From NCBI GenBank assembly GCA_040081625.1, contig JBEBGD010000103.1, positions 1 through 19,628 of the forward strand: a stretch of DNA of 19,628 nt, in the 5' to 3' direction. Source of the DNA: Chthoniobacteraceae bacterium. Lineage in GTDB: Bacteria > Verrucomicrobiota > Verrucomicrobiia > Chthoniobacterales > Chthoniobacteraceae. A program made the translations under genes and the position numbers. The notes below the pieces were generated by a model. The model was not told where the DNA came from and did no database searches. It saw only the letters and a program-made list of their open reading frames with translations. Positions 8,392 to 16,683 of the stretch are shown here, one piece after another. The number at the start of each line of letters is the position of its first letter. Within the stretch, counting starts at the first letter, position 1.

Positions 8392-8456
8392 CAGGCCGCG
8401 TTGTCAGCTCTCCGCGCCGTGCTATCCGGGTGGCAAATCCCGACTTCCTTTACTTT

Positions 8457-9155
8457 ATGGCTTTTCCCGCGATCGCTCTTTTCATCGGCACGATGCTCAT
8501 CTCGCTCTGGGCGACCTGGCGGGTGAAGAGCGTGTATTCCCGCTGGAGCCAGGTGCCCACTTCTTCGGGCGTCAGCGGTGCCGAGGTGGCCGCGGCGATC
8601 CTCGACCGCGCCGGCATCCGCGATGTCGAAATCGTCGCGCACGATGAGATGCTCGGCGATCACTACGACCCGACGAACAAGCGACTCGTGCTCAGCCAGC
8701 AGAACTATCATGGACACAGCGTCGCCGCGCTCGGCGTCGCCGCGCACGAGTGCGGGCACGCCATCCAGCACGCCACGGCCTACGGGCCGCTGCACCTGCG
8801 CATGGGCGCGGTCGGAGTGACGCAGTTCGCCAGCCAGATCGTGCTTTGGCTGCCGCTCATCGGGCTGTTCACGGGATTGATGTCCACGCACACGGCGCTG
8901 TGGATCATGGCCGCCGCGTGGGGTGTGATCATGGTGTTCAATCTCGTCACGCTCCCGGTGGAATTCGACGCTTCAGCCCGCGCGAAGCTCGTCCTTCGCG
9001 AAATGGGCTTCATCGGCACGCCCGAGGAAATCAACGGCGTGCGCCAGACCCTCGACGCCGCCGGCTGGACCTACGTCGCCGCCTTCATCACCTCGCTCGC
9101 CTACTTTCTGTGGCACCTCCTGCCGCTGCTGACCGGTGGACGGCGCGATGACTGA
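8457..9155 (+). CDS. Membrane neutral zinc metallopeptidase (YugP / Zn_peptidase_2-like)
   Basis: Motifs SGAEVAAAIL, LGDHYDP, AAHECGHAIQH (HExxH), VTLPVEFDASARA and AAGWTYVAA. The start is the ATG at 8457. A possible promoter TTGTCA-16-TATCCG lies at 8401-8428. Confidence 0.93.
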   Translation: MAFPAIALFIGTMLISLWATWRVKSVYSRWSQVPTSSGVSGAEVAAAILDRAGIRDVEIVAHDEMLGDHYDPTNKRLVLSQQNYHGHSVAALGVAAHECGHAIQHATAYGPLHLRMGAVGVTQFASQIVLWLPLIGLFTGLMSTHTALWIMAAAWGVIMVFNLVTLPVEFDASARAKLVLREMGFIGTPEEINGVRQTLDAAGWTYVAAFITSLAYFLWHLLPLLTGGRRDD

Positions 9156-9196
9156 GCGCTCTTGCCGCGGACGCGTGTCCGGCTAATTCTCGCGCC

Positions 9197-9403
9197 ATGC
9201 AACCAGGTCAAGGTTCCGCCGGAAACGTCATCGCCGCCGTGTGCAGCTTCTTCATCCCCGGACTCGGGCAACTCGTCCAGGGCCGCCTGCTCGCGGCGTT
9301 CATTCAGTTCGTGTTCGCGGGCGTGCTGTGGATTTTTCTCCTCGGCTGGCTCGTGCATCTCTGGTCGATCATCGACGCCGCGCGCTGGAAGGGGCCGCGG
9401 TAG
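9197..9403 (+). CDS. Small membrane protein, 68 aa, with an S-F-F-I-P-G-L-G-Q motif (TM2-like)
   Basis: AAVCSFFIPGLGQLVQGR is followed by hydrophobic helices and WSIIDAA. It fills the gap between its neighbours and has a promoter-like sequence upstream. Confidence 0.8.
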   Translation: MQPGQGSAGNVIAAVCSFFIPGLGQLVQGRLLAAFIQFVFAGVLWIFLLGWLVHLWSIIDAARWKGPR

Positions 9404-10504
9404 CTACTCCTCCTGCACCACCACGACGTCGCTCGGGTGCAGCGAGCACCAGACGCGGTCGCCTTTTCTAAAGCACTCCTCGTGGGCGCTCTCGTTTGCC
9501 GCGATGACGGTGAGTTCCAGCCCGCTCTCGTGCCGCAGCGTCAGTTCGTCGGTCGCGCCCTTGAAAACCTCCTCCGCGATCACGGCCTCGAAGACATTGA
9601 ATTCGCCGGACGGACGCTGCCGCGCGATGCGGACTTTCTCCGGCCGGATCGAGACGAGCAGACGGTCCGCAGCAGCGGAGATGTCCGTGTCGGGGATCAC
9701 AAGGTCGAGCTTGCCCTCGAGCCGCACATGCACGCGCTCGTCGCCGCGACTGCTCACGACCGCGGGCAGGATGTTTGCCTCGCCGATGAACTTCGCGACG
9801 AAGCTCGTGCGCGGGCGGTGATAGACCTCGTCCACGCTGGCGAGTTGCTCGATGCGGCCCTTGTTCATCACCGCGATGCGGTCGCTCATCGTGAGCGCCT
9901 CCTCCTGGTCGTGCGTGACGAAGATGAAAGTGATGCCGAGCCGCTGCTGGAGCCGCTTGAGTTCGAGCTGCATCTGGTGGCGCAGCTTCGCGTCGAGCGC
10001 GGAGAGCGGTTCGTCGAGCAGCAGAACCTTCGGCTCGCACACCACAGCTCGCGCGAGCGCCACACGCTGCCGCTGGCCGCCGGAAAGCTCCGCCGGTTTT
10101 CGCCCCGCCAGTCCGCCGAGGGACACCAGCTCGACGACGCGCTCGACGCGCGCCGCGATGTCCGCAGCCGGCAGCTTTTTCATCCGCAGGCCGAACGCGA
10201 TGTTGTCCGCGACGTTCAGGTGCGGAAAGAGCGCGTAGCTCTGGAAGACCTGGTTCACATCGCGGCGGTAAGGCGGTTCGCTGGTCACGTCCCGTCCATC
10301 GAGCAGCACCGCGCCTTCGCTCGGCGTCTCGAAGCCGCTGATCATTCGGAGCGCCGTCGTCTTCCCGCAGCCACTCGGCCCGAGGAGCGTGAGGAACTCG
10401 CCGGCGTGAACGATGAGGTTCAAGTCCGCGACCGCCGTGAATCCGCCGAAGCGCTTCGTGACGCTGCGCAGTTCGACCATCGGAGAGGCGGATTCGTTGC
10501 TCAT
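9404..10504 (-). CDS. potA: Polyamine ABC transporter ATP-binding subunit (PotA/PotG-like) with TOBE domain
   Basis: Motifs GPSGCGKTT, PPYRRDVNQVFQSYALFPHL, LSGGQRQRVALARA, LLLDEPLSALDAKLR and VTHDQEEALTMSDRI. Confidence 0.85.
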   Translation of the reverse strand: MSNESASPMVELRSVTKRFGGFTAVADLNLIVHAGEFLTLLGPSGCGKTTALRMISGFETPSEGAVLLDGRDVTSEPPYRRDVNQVFQSYALFPHLNVADNIAFGLRMKKLPAADIAARVERVVELVSLGGLAGRKPAELSGGQRQRVALARAVVCEPKVLLLDEPLSALDAKLRHQMQLELKRLQQRLGITFIFVTHDQEEALTMSDRIAVMNKGRIEQLASVDEVYHRPRTSFVAKFIGEANILPAVVSSRGDERVHVRLEGKLDLVIPDTDISAAADRLLVSIRPEKVRIARQRPSGEFNVFEAVIAEEVFKGATDELTLRHESGLELTVIAANESAHEECFRKGDRVWCSLHPSDVVVVQEE

Positions 10505-10521
10505 GAAAGTGCGTGCGTTCT

Positions 10522-10547
10522 TTGCGGGAATGCGCCGCGTCCCGCAA
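10522..10547. other. Intergenic 8-bp inverted repeat between the ALDH gene and potA
   Basis: TTGCGGGA-10 nt-TCCCGCAA, with no U-tract on the sense (minus) strand. Confidence 0.4.
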
Positions 10548-10574
10548 GCGTAAGCTCTCGCATGGGAAGCCGGT

Positions 10575-12056
10575 TTAGCTCGCGCTCTTGAACCATCCCA
10601 GCTTCGCGGGCTGAAGCGTGATGTTGATCTGCTTGGTCTCGAGATACTCGTCGAGGCCGAAGGTTCCGAGTTCGCGGCCCCAGCCGCTCTGCTTGTAGCC
10701 GCCCCACGGCGCTTCGTTGAAGGTGGGATGGTAGTTGTTCAGCCATGTGATGCCGGCCCGCAGGCGCTTGAGCACGCGCAGGCCCTTGCCCGTGTCGCGC
10801 GTGAAGACGCCGCCGGCGAGACCGTAGGGCGTGTCGTTGGCGAGCCGCACGGCTTCGTCTTCGGCATCGAAGAGCTGCACCGCGAGCACGGGGCCGAAGA
10901 TTTCCTCGCGCACGATTTTCATGTCGGGCCGGGTGTTCGCGAAGATCGTCGGCGCGACGAAGTTTCCCTTCCCGCGCGCGGCATCCGTGATGCGATGACC
11001 GCCGCACAGCAGCTCGGCGCCTTCGGCCTTGCCGGCCTCGATGTAGCCGAGCACGCGCTCCGTGTGCGTGGGCGTGATGAGCGGCCCCATCTCCGTGTCG
11101 GGTGCGAGGCCATCGCCGACGACGATGCGGCTCGATGCGTCCGCGAGGCGCGGGAGGAAAACGGCGGCGAGTTTGCGATCGAGGATGAGCCGCGAGCCGG
11201 CGCTGCACACCTCGCCCTGGCCGGCGAAGATCGCGAACATCGCGAACTCGAGCGCGATGTCCGGATCGGCATCGGCGAAGACGATGCACGGCGACTTGCC
11301 ACCGAGCTCGAGCGTGACCTTTTTGATGTTCCCCTCCGCGGCGCGCATGATCCTGCGACCAGTCGCGGTGCCGCCGGTGAAGGCGACCTTGTCCACAAGC
11401 GGCGATGCGGCGAGCGCTTCCCCGACGATCGCGCCAGCGCCCATGACCAGTTGCGCGACGCCGGGCGGAAAGCCCGCCTCGGCGATCAACTCGAAGAGGC
11501 GGATCGCGGTGAGCGGCGTCGCCTCGGCGACTTTGAGGATACAGCAATTCCCCGCGCCGAGCCCGGGCGCGAGTTTCCACGCGGCCATGAGCAGCGGGTA
11601 ATTCCACGGGATGATCTGCGCGCACACGCCGATCGGCTCGCGCACGACGAGGCACTGGATGTTCGGGTCCGGCACCTCGAAGGTCTGCCCGAGCGGCTTG
11701 CTGATCAGCCCGGCGTAGTAGCGAAAGCAATTCGCCGCGTCGCCCACGTCGAACTTCGCCTCGCGCAGAGGCTTTCCGTTATTGCGCGTCTCGAGCGTCG
11801 CGAGTTCGTCCGCATTCTTGTCGATCAAGTCGGCGAGCCGGAGCAGGTAGCCGGCGCGTTCCTGTGCGCGCATCTGCGGCCACGGACCTTCGTCGAAAGC
11901 CTTGCGCGCGCGCCGCACGGCGGCGTCCGCGTCTTCGTCGGTTCCATCCGCGACGACGGCGATGATCTCGTTGCTGGCCGGGTTGAGAATTTCCCGCGTG
12001 CCTCCGCGGGCGGCGTCAACCCAATCGCCTCCGATGAACATTCGACCGGTTTTCAT
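10575..12056 (-). CDS. NAD(P)-dependent aldehyde dehydrogenase (betaine/amino-aldehyde dehydrogenase-like)
   Basis: Motifs IIPWNYPL, FTGGTATG, LELGGKSP (catalytic Glu), GEVCSAG (catalytic Cys), EEIFGPV and PWGGYKQSGWGRE. Confidence 0.95.
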   Translation of the reverse strand: MKTGRMFIGGDWVDAARGGTREILNPASNEIIAVVADGTDEDADAAVRRARKAFDEGPWPQMRAQERAGYLLRLADLIDKNADELATLETRNNGKPLREAKFDVGDAANCFRYYAGLISKPLGQTFEVPDPNIQCLVVREPIGVCAQIIPWNYPLLMAAWKLAPGLGAGNCCILKVAEATPLTAIRLFELIAEAGFPPGVAQLVMGAGAIVGEALAASPLVDKVAFTGGTATGRRIMRAAEGNIKKVTLELGGKSPCIVFADADPDIALEFAMFAIFAGQGEVCSAGSRLILDRKLAAVFLPRLADASSRIVVGDGLAPDTEMGPLITPTHTERVLGYIEAGKAEGAELLCGGHRITDAARGKGNFVAPTIFANTRPDMKIVREEIFGPVLAVQLFDAEDEAVRLANDTPYGLAGGVFTRDTGKGLRVLKRLRAGITWLNNYHPTFNEAPWGGYKQSGWGRELGTFGLDEYLETKQINITLQPAKLGWFKSAS

Positions 12057-12115
12057 GCCTCAAAGGTCCGCCCGCGGGAGGAAAATGCCAGCGGGTTCGC
12101 GGCTTGGATCGGGAC

Positions 12116-12161
12116 AAAAAAAGTGCGGCGCCCCGGCACCGAATGGTAACCGGAGCGCCGC
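12116..12161 (-). terminator. Rho-independent terminator
   Basis: A 12-bp stem (12161-12150 with 12136-12125, one U-G pair) followed by AC and seven T. Confidence 0.85.
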
Positions 12162-12176
12162 TGTTCCCCCCAGAAC
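12116..12176 (-). ncRNA. Candidate small RNA B (about 61 nt) with a G-rich 5' loop and an intrinsic terminator
   Basis: The minus strand reads GUUC-UGGGGG-GAAC-A-GCGGCGCUCCGG-uuaccauucggug-CCGGGGCGCCGC-ACUUUUUUU, downstream of a promoter-like sequence. Confidence 0.6.
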
Positions 12177-12183
12177 AAGGCGG

Positions 12184-12211
12184 ATTATGGCGAGCGCTAA
12201 TTGATACGCAA
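12184..12211 (-). promoter_or_regulatory. Sigma70-like promoter TTGCGT-16-CATAAT
   Basis: -35 at 12211-12206 and -10 at 12189-12184, with an A-tract (gtaaaaaag) upstream. Confidence 0.6.
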
Positions 12212-12379
12212 GCGTCATTTCGAGCTTTTTTACAGAGGGCCGGCGTTTACGGGGAAAGCCTGACAACACTCCTGCGAAGCGCCCATCGTCGGCTCTCGCT
12301 TGTGGTCCCGGCGAGGCGACCGCTCCTTGCCGTTCCGCGTCCGTCTGCCAACGTCGCGGCCCTTACTTTCCAAAAAATC

Positions 12380-14230
12380 ATGTGCGGCATCATCGGCTAC
12401 ATCGGCTCCAAACCTGCGGTCCCCATCCTTCTCGAAGGCCTGCGCCGGCTCGAGTATCGCGGCTACGACAGCGCCGGGGTGGCGACTATCGCCGACGGAA
12501 AAATCGAGATCCGCAAACGGATCGGGCGCATCGCGAACCTCGCCGAGCTGATCAAGCAAGCGCCGCCCGCTGGGACGATCGGCATCTCGCACACGCGCTG
12601 GGCGACGCACGGTGGCGTGAGCGACGAGAACGCACACCCGCATTTCGACCAGAGCGGCAAGCTCGTGATCTGCCACAACGGCGTGATCGAAAACTACGCG
12701 ACGCTGCGCGAGCAACTCGAGCGCGACGGGCACATATTCAAGTCGCAGACCGACACCGAAGTGCTCGCGCATCTCATCGGCAATGCCTACGACGCCGCGC
12801 GCGGTGAGCACACGAAGGCCCGGCTCGTCGAGGCGGTGCGCGTTGCCTTGAAACAAGTCGTCGGCACCTACGGCATCGTCGTGCTGCACCTCGATCTGCC
12901 GGACGTGATCGTCGGTGCGCGGCGCGGCAGCCCGCTCGTGCTCGGCGTCGGCACCGGAGAGAATTTCTTCGCCAGCGACGTGAGCGCGATCGTCGCTCAC
13001 ACCCGCGAGGCCGTTTACCTCAAGGACTTCGACATCGCCGCGGTGGAGAGCGACCGCTTCGAGATCACCAGCCTGCTCGGCGGTGCGAGCGGCTACGAAG
13101 TGAGCAAGGTCGAGTTCAGCGAGGAGGACGTGAGCAAGGGCGACTTCCCGCACTACATGCTCAAGGAAATCTTCGAGCAGCCGGCGACGATCCAGGACGC
13201 CATGCGCGGACGCCTTTCGCGCGAGGAGGCGACCGCCAAGCTCGGCGGACTGAACATGACGCCTGCCGATCTGCGCGGTGTCGATCGCATCATCCTCACC
13301 GGTTGCGGCACGGCGAGCCATGCGGCCATGTGCGGCGAATACATCATCGAGGCGCTCGCGCACGTGCCGGTGGAAGTCGAGTTCGCGAGCGAGTTCCGCT
13401 ACCGCAACCTGCCGCTGCCGAAGAACACGCTCGTCTTTTGCATCAGCCAGAGCGGCGAGACCGCCGACACGCTCGCCGCGATGCGCGAGAGCCAGCGCAA
13501 GGGCCTGCGGACCCTCGGCATTTGCAACAACGTCGGCTCGACGATCGCGCGCGAAGATGACGGCGGCGTCTATATGCACGCGGGCCCGGAGATCGGCGTC
13601 GCGGCCACGAAGTCGTTCACCTCGCAAGTCACGATCCTCACGCTCATCGCGCTGCTCATCGGCCGCATTCGTCACATGGGTCCGATGGAGGGCACGCGCA
13701 TCATCGACGAACTCGAGGCGCTGCCCGACAAGGTCCGCCGCATCCTCGCGCTGAACGATCACATCAAGGCCGTCGCGCAAAAATACGCGCACTCGACGGC
13801 GATGATGTTCCTCGGCCGGCAGTTCAACTATCCCATCGCGCTCGAAGGCGCGTTGAAGATGAAAGAGATCAGCTACATCCACGCGAGCGGCCACCCGAGC
13901 GCGGAGCTAAAGCACGGCGTCATCGCGCTCATCACGCCGGAGCTGCCGAGCGTCTTCATCGCGCCCGACGACAGCGTGCTGGAAAAGAACATCTCGAACA
14001 TCGAGGAAGTGCGCGCGCGCAAAGGCCCGATCATCGCCGTCGGCACCGAGGGCTGCACGAAGCTCGAGAAAGTCGCCGACGACTTCATCGGCATCCCCGC
14101 GTGCCCCGACTACCTCAGCCCGATCCTCACGAGCATCCCGCTCCAGCTTCTCGCCTACCACACCTCGGTCGCGCTCGGCTGCGACGTGGACAAGCCGCGC
14201 AACCTCGCGAAGTCGGTGACTGTCGAGTAG
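12380..14230 (+). CDS. glmS: Glutamine--fructose-6-phosphate transaminase (isomerizing)
   Basis: MCGIIGY start (N-terminal catalytic Cys), LEYRGYDSAG, HTRWATHG, HNGVIEN, SQSGETADT, EGALKMKE and DKPRNLAKSVTVE. Confidence 0.98.
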   Translation: MCGIIGYIGSKPAVPILLEGLRRLEYRGYDSAGVATIADGKIEIRKRIGRIANLAELIKQAPPAGTIGISHTRWATHGGVSDENAHPHFDQSGKLVICHNGVIENYATLREQLERDGHIFKSQTDTEVLAHLIGNAYDAARGEHTKARLVEAVRVALKQVVGTYGIVVLHLDLPDVIVGARRGSPLVLGVGTGENFFASDVSAIVAHTREAVYLKDFDIAAVESDRFEITSLLGGASGYEVSKVEFSEEDVSKGDFPHYMLKEIFEQPATIQDAMRGRLSREEATAKLGGLNMTPADLRGVDRIILTGCGTASHAAMCGEYIIEALAHVPVEVEFASEFRYRNLPLPKNTLVFCISQSGETADTLAAMRESQRKGLRTLGICNNVGSTIAREDDGGVYMHAGPEIGVAATKSFTSQVTILTLIALLIGRIRHMGPMEGTRIIDELEALPDKVRRILALNDHIKAVAQKYAHSTAMMFLGRQFNYPIALEGALKMKEISYIHASGHPSAELKHGVIALITPELPSVFIAPDDSVLEKNISNIEEVRARKGPIIAVGTEGCTKLEKVADDFIGIPACPDYLSPILTSIPLQLLAYHTSVALGCDVDKPRNLAKSVTVE

Positions 14231-14233
14231 CGA

Positions 14234-14941
14234 TCAGCGCTGCGCGACATACACCGTGCTGGCGGAGTCTGTGCCGAGCAGCGGGTTGGAAAACTTCACG
14301 ACGTGTGCTTTCGCCGCGGAGAAGACGGAGCCGAGCGCAGCTTGGAACTCGTCATCCGGCGGATCGTCCGACCACAGCGCGAAGACGCCGCCGGGGTGCA
14401 GATGCGCGGCGAGCGCGCGAAGTCCGGCGGGCTCGTAGAAGGCGGCGTTGCGGGGATCGAGGAGATTTCGTGGCGAGTGATCGATGTCCAAAAGCACCGC
14501 GTGAAACCTTCGGCCCGCGTCGAAGCCCGGCTTCGACGCGGCGAGCGCGAAGAAGTCGCCGAGCATCAACCGGCAACGCGGATCGCCGCACAGCTTCACG
14601 CCGAGGGGCACGAGGCCGCGCTGGTGCCAGTCGATCACCGCATCGAGCGCATCCACCACCACGAGCGAGCGGACCGACGCGTGCGCGAGTGCGGCGACGG
14701 CGGTGTAGCCGAGCCCGAGGCCGCCCACGACGACATCCCATTCGCCGGCATCGAGCGCCCCGAGCCCGAGATCCGCGAGCGCGACTTCCACCTCGTGAAA
14801 CATGCTCGACATGAGGAACGCGTCGCCAAGCTTCACCTCATAGACTTCGAGCCCGTCGAGCGCATGCACGCGGCGACGGCGCAGCGTCAGCTCGCCCAGC
14901 GGCGTCTTCCGGTAATCCAGCTCTGCAAAATCTTTGCTCAT
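14234..14941 (-). CDS. Spermidine-synthase-like class I SAM-dependent transferase
   Basis: Motifs FLMSS, VVVGGLGLGYT (glycine-rich SAM loop), VLLDIDHSP and LHPGGVFALWS. Confidence 0.85.
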   Translation of the reverse strand: MSKDFAELDYRKTPLGELTLRRRRVHALDGLEVYEVKLGDAFLMSSMFHEVEVALADLGLGALDAGEWDVVVGGLGLGYTAVAALAHASVRSLVVVDALDAVIDWHQRGLVPLGVKLCGDPRCRLMLGDFFALAASKPGFDAGRRFHAVLLDIDHSPRNLLDPRNAAFYEPAGLRALAAHLHPGGVFALWSDDPPDDEFQAALGSVFSAAKAHVVKFSNPLLGTDSASTVYVAQR

Positions 14942-15042
14942 CGTGCGAGACTACGCAGCGATGGCGGCGCCGCACCGTGGAACTGGCTATGTGGGCAGTT
15001 ATCCTCGCGAGCGCACGTGACACGCTCCACACTTTCACAGCC

Positions 15043-16593
15043 ATGAAGTTCACACGCGTTCTCTTCCTCCTCCTCATCTTGTCGATCCACGCCTTCGCCG
15101 CCGAGCGGCCGAATATTCTCTTCATCATCTTCGACGACTGGAATGGCAGCACGCACGCGGGCGCTTACGGCTGCGATTGGGTGAAGACGCCGAACTTCGA
15201 CCGCATCGCGCGCGAGGGCGTGCTTTTCAAAAGCGCGTTCACTTCCAACCCGAAGTGCAGCCCATGCCGCGCGAGCATCCTGACCGGACGCAACACCTGG
15301 CAGCTCGAGGAGGCGGTGAGTCACGGCGGCCACTTCCCGGCGAAGTTCGCGGTGTATCCCGATCTACTCGAAGCGGCGGGCTACGTCGTCGGGCTCACGG
15401 GCAAGGGCTGGGGGCCGGGCGATTTCAAAGTCATGGCGAAGCGCACGCGCAACCCCGCGGGGCCGAGCTTCGACAATGCGAAGATGGCCGAGGTGCCGGC
15501 GAGCGGGATCGGCAAAAACGACTACGCGAAAAACTTCGAGGGTTTCCTCGCGCAGCGCGACAAGGCGAAGCCGTTTTGCTTTTGGATGGGATTCAGCGAA
15601 CCGCACCGCGCCTACGAAGCGGGCTCCGGCGTGCGGCTCGGGAAGAAGCTCGCGGACATCAAGGTGCCCGCCTATTTCCCCGACGTGGAGATCGTGCGCA
15701 GCGATCTCGCCGACTACGCGATCGAGGTGGAATACGCGGACGCGCACATCGGCCGCGCGCTCGCCGCACTCGAAGCCGCGGGGCAGCTCGAGAACACGCT
15801 CATCATCGTCACATCGGATCACGGAATGCCGTTTCCGTTCGTGAAGGGACAGATCCACGAGGACGGATTCCGCCTGCCGCTCGCGATGCGATGGGGGAAG
15901 GGCATCAAGCCGGGCCGTGTAGTCGAGGACTTCGTGAACGTGCGCGACTTCGCGCCCACCTTCCTCGAACTCGGCGGCGTGAAGCCCCACGAACAGATCA
16001 CCGGCAAGAGCCTCGCGGGCATCCTGCGCTCGCCGAAATCCGGCTGGGTCGAGAATCGCGACGTGATGCTCGCGGGCAAGGAGCGCCACGACATCGGCCG
16101 CCCGAACGATCTCGGCTTCCCCGTGCGTGCGATTCGCACGAAGGAGTTTCTCTACGTTCACAATTTTTTTCCCGATCGCTGGCCCGTGGGCAATCCTGAG
16201 ACGGACTTCGGCAACTGCGACCCGAGCCCGACGAAGGAAGTTCTCAAGGCGCTCGGCGGGCATTTCTACGACCTGAGTTTCGGCAAGCGGCCGGCCGACG
16301 AGTTGTTTCGGATCACCGACGATCCCGAGTGCGTGCGCAATCTCGCGAACGATCTCGCCTTCAAGGACACGATGGAAGACCTGCGCTACCGGATGATGAA
16401 GCTGCTGCGTGAGGAAGGCGACCCGCGCGCGCTCGGCAACGGCGCGATCTTCGACACCTACAAATATCTCGGCGGGCGCACGAAGGGTTACGACACCTGG
16501 CTCAAGGCGCAGGAGGCGACGCTCGCCGAGTCGGTGTCGAACGCCGTCGATGCGGCGAAGGTGAATAAGAAGAAGGGCAAGGCGAACGAGTAA
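15043..16593 (+). CDS. Secreted formylglycine-dependent sulfatase (S1; N-sulfoglucosamine sulfohydrolase-like)
   Basis: Signal peptide MKFTRVLFLLLILSIHAFA, then RPNILFIIFDD, CSPCRASILTG (CxPxR), GKGWGPG, EPHR and TSDHGMPFP. Confidence 0.93.
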   Translation: MKFTRVLFLLLILSIHAFAAERPNILFIIFDDWNGSTHAGAYGCDWVKTPNFDRIAREGVLFKSAFTSNPKCSPCRASILTGRNTWQLEEAVSHGGHFPAKFAVYPDLLEAAGYVVGLTGKGWGPGDFKVMAKRTRNPAGPSFDNAKMAEVPASGIGKNDYAKNFEGFLAQRDKAKPFCFWMGFSEPHRAYEAGSGVRLGKKLADIKVPAYFPDVEIVRSDLADYAIEVEYADAHIGRALAALEAAGQLENTLIIVTSDHGMPFPFVKGQIHEDGFRLPLAMRWGKGIKPGRVVEDFVNVRDFAPTFLELGGVKPHEQITGKSLAGILRSPKSGWVENRDVMLAGKERHDIGRPNDLGFPVRAIRTKEFLYVHNFFPDRWPVGNPETDFGNCDPSPTKEVLKALGGHFYDLSFGKRPADELFRITDDPECVRNLANDLAFKDTMEDLRYRMMKLLREEGDPRALGNGAIFDTYKYLGGRTKGYDTWLKAQEATLAESVSNAVDAAKVNKKKGKANE

Positions 16594-16683
16594 CCCGAGG
16601 GGGCCTGTAGGAGACTCGGAGGGTGCCACTGATCACCCTCGCGGTTGCCCCTCGACGGCTGCATCGAGTAGCTAAAGCGACCC

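Noticed and set aside
12277..12379. glmS ribozyme upstream of glmS (AGCGCC at about 12279 and GGCGAGG at about 12310)
   Set aside because: The rest of the conserved core (AGCGCCnGnAC, UGACGAGG, UUAUCGA…UCGGCGG) is absent and only a generic GC hairpin can be drawn. cmsearch with RF00234 would settle it.
12060..12379. N-terminal extension of GlmS to 12104 and the 69-aa ORF 12060-12269
   Set aside because: GlmS needs Cys at position 2, which fixes the start at 12380. The short ORF crosses a promoter and a terminator and has no protein-like features.
16594..16640. Terminator or REP element after the sulfatase (ccgag…ctcgg; gagggtg…caccctc)
   Set aside because: The stems are only 5-7 bp, there is no U-tract, and there is no second copy in the window.
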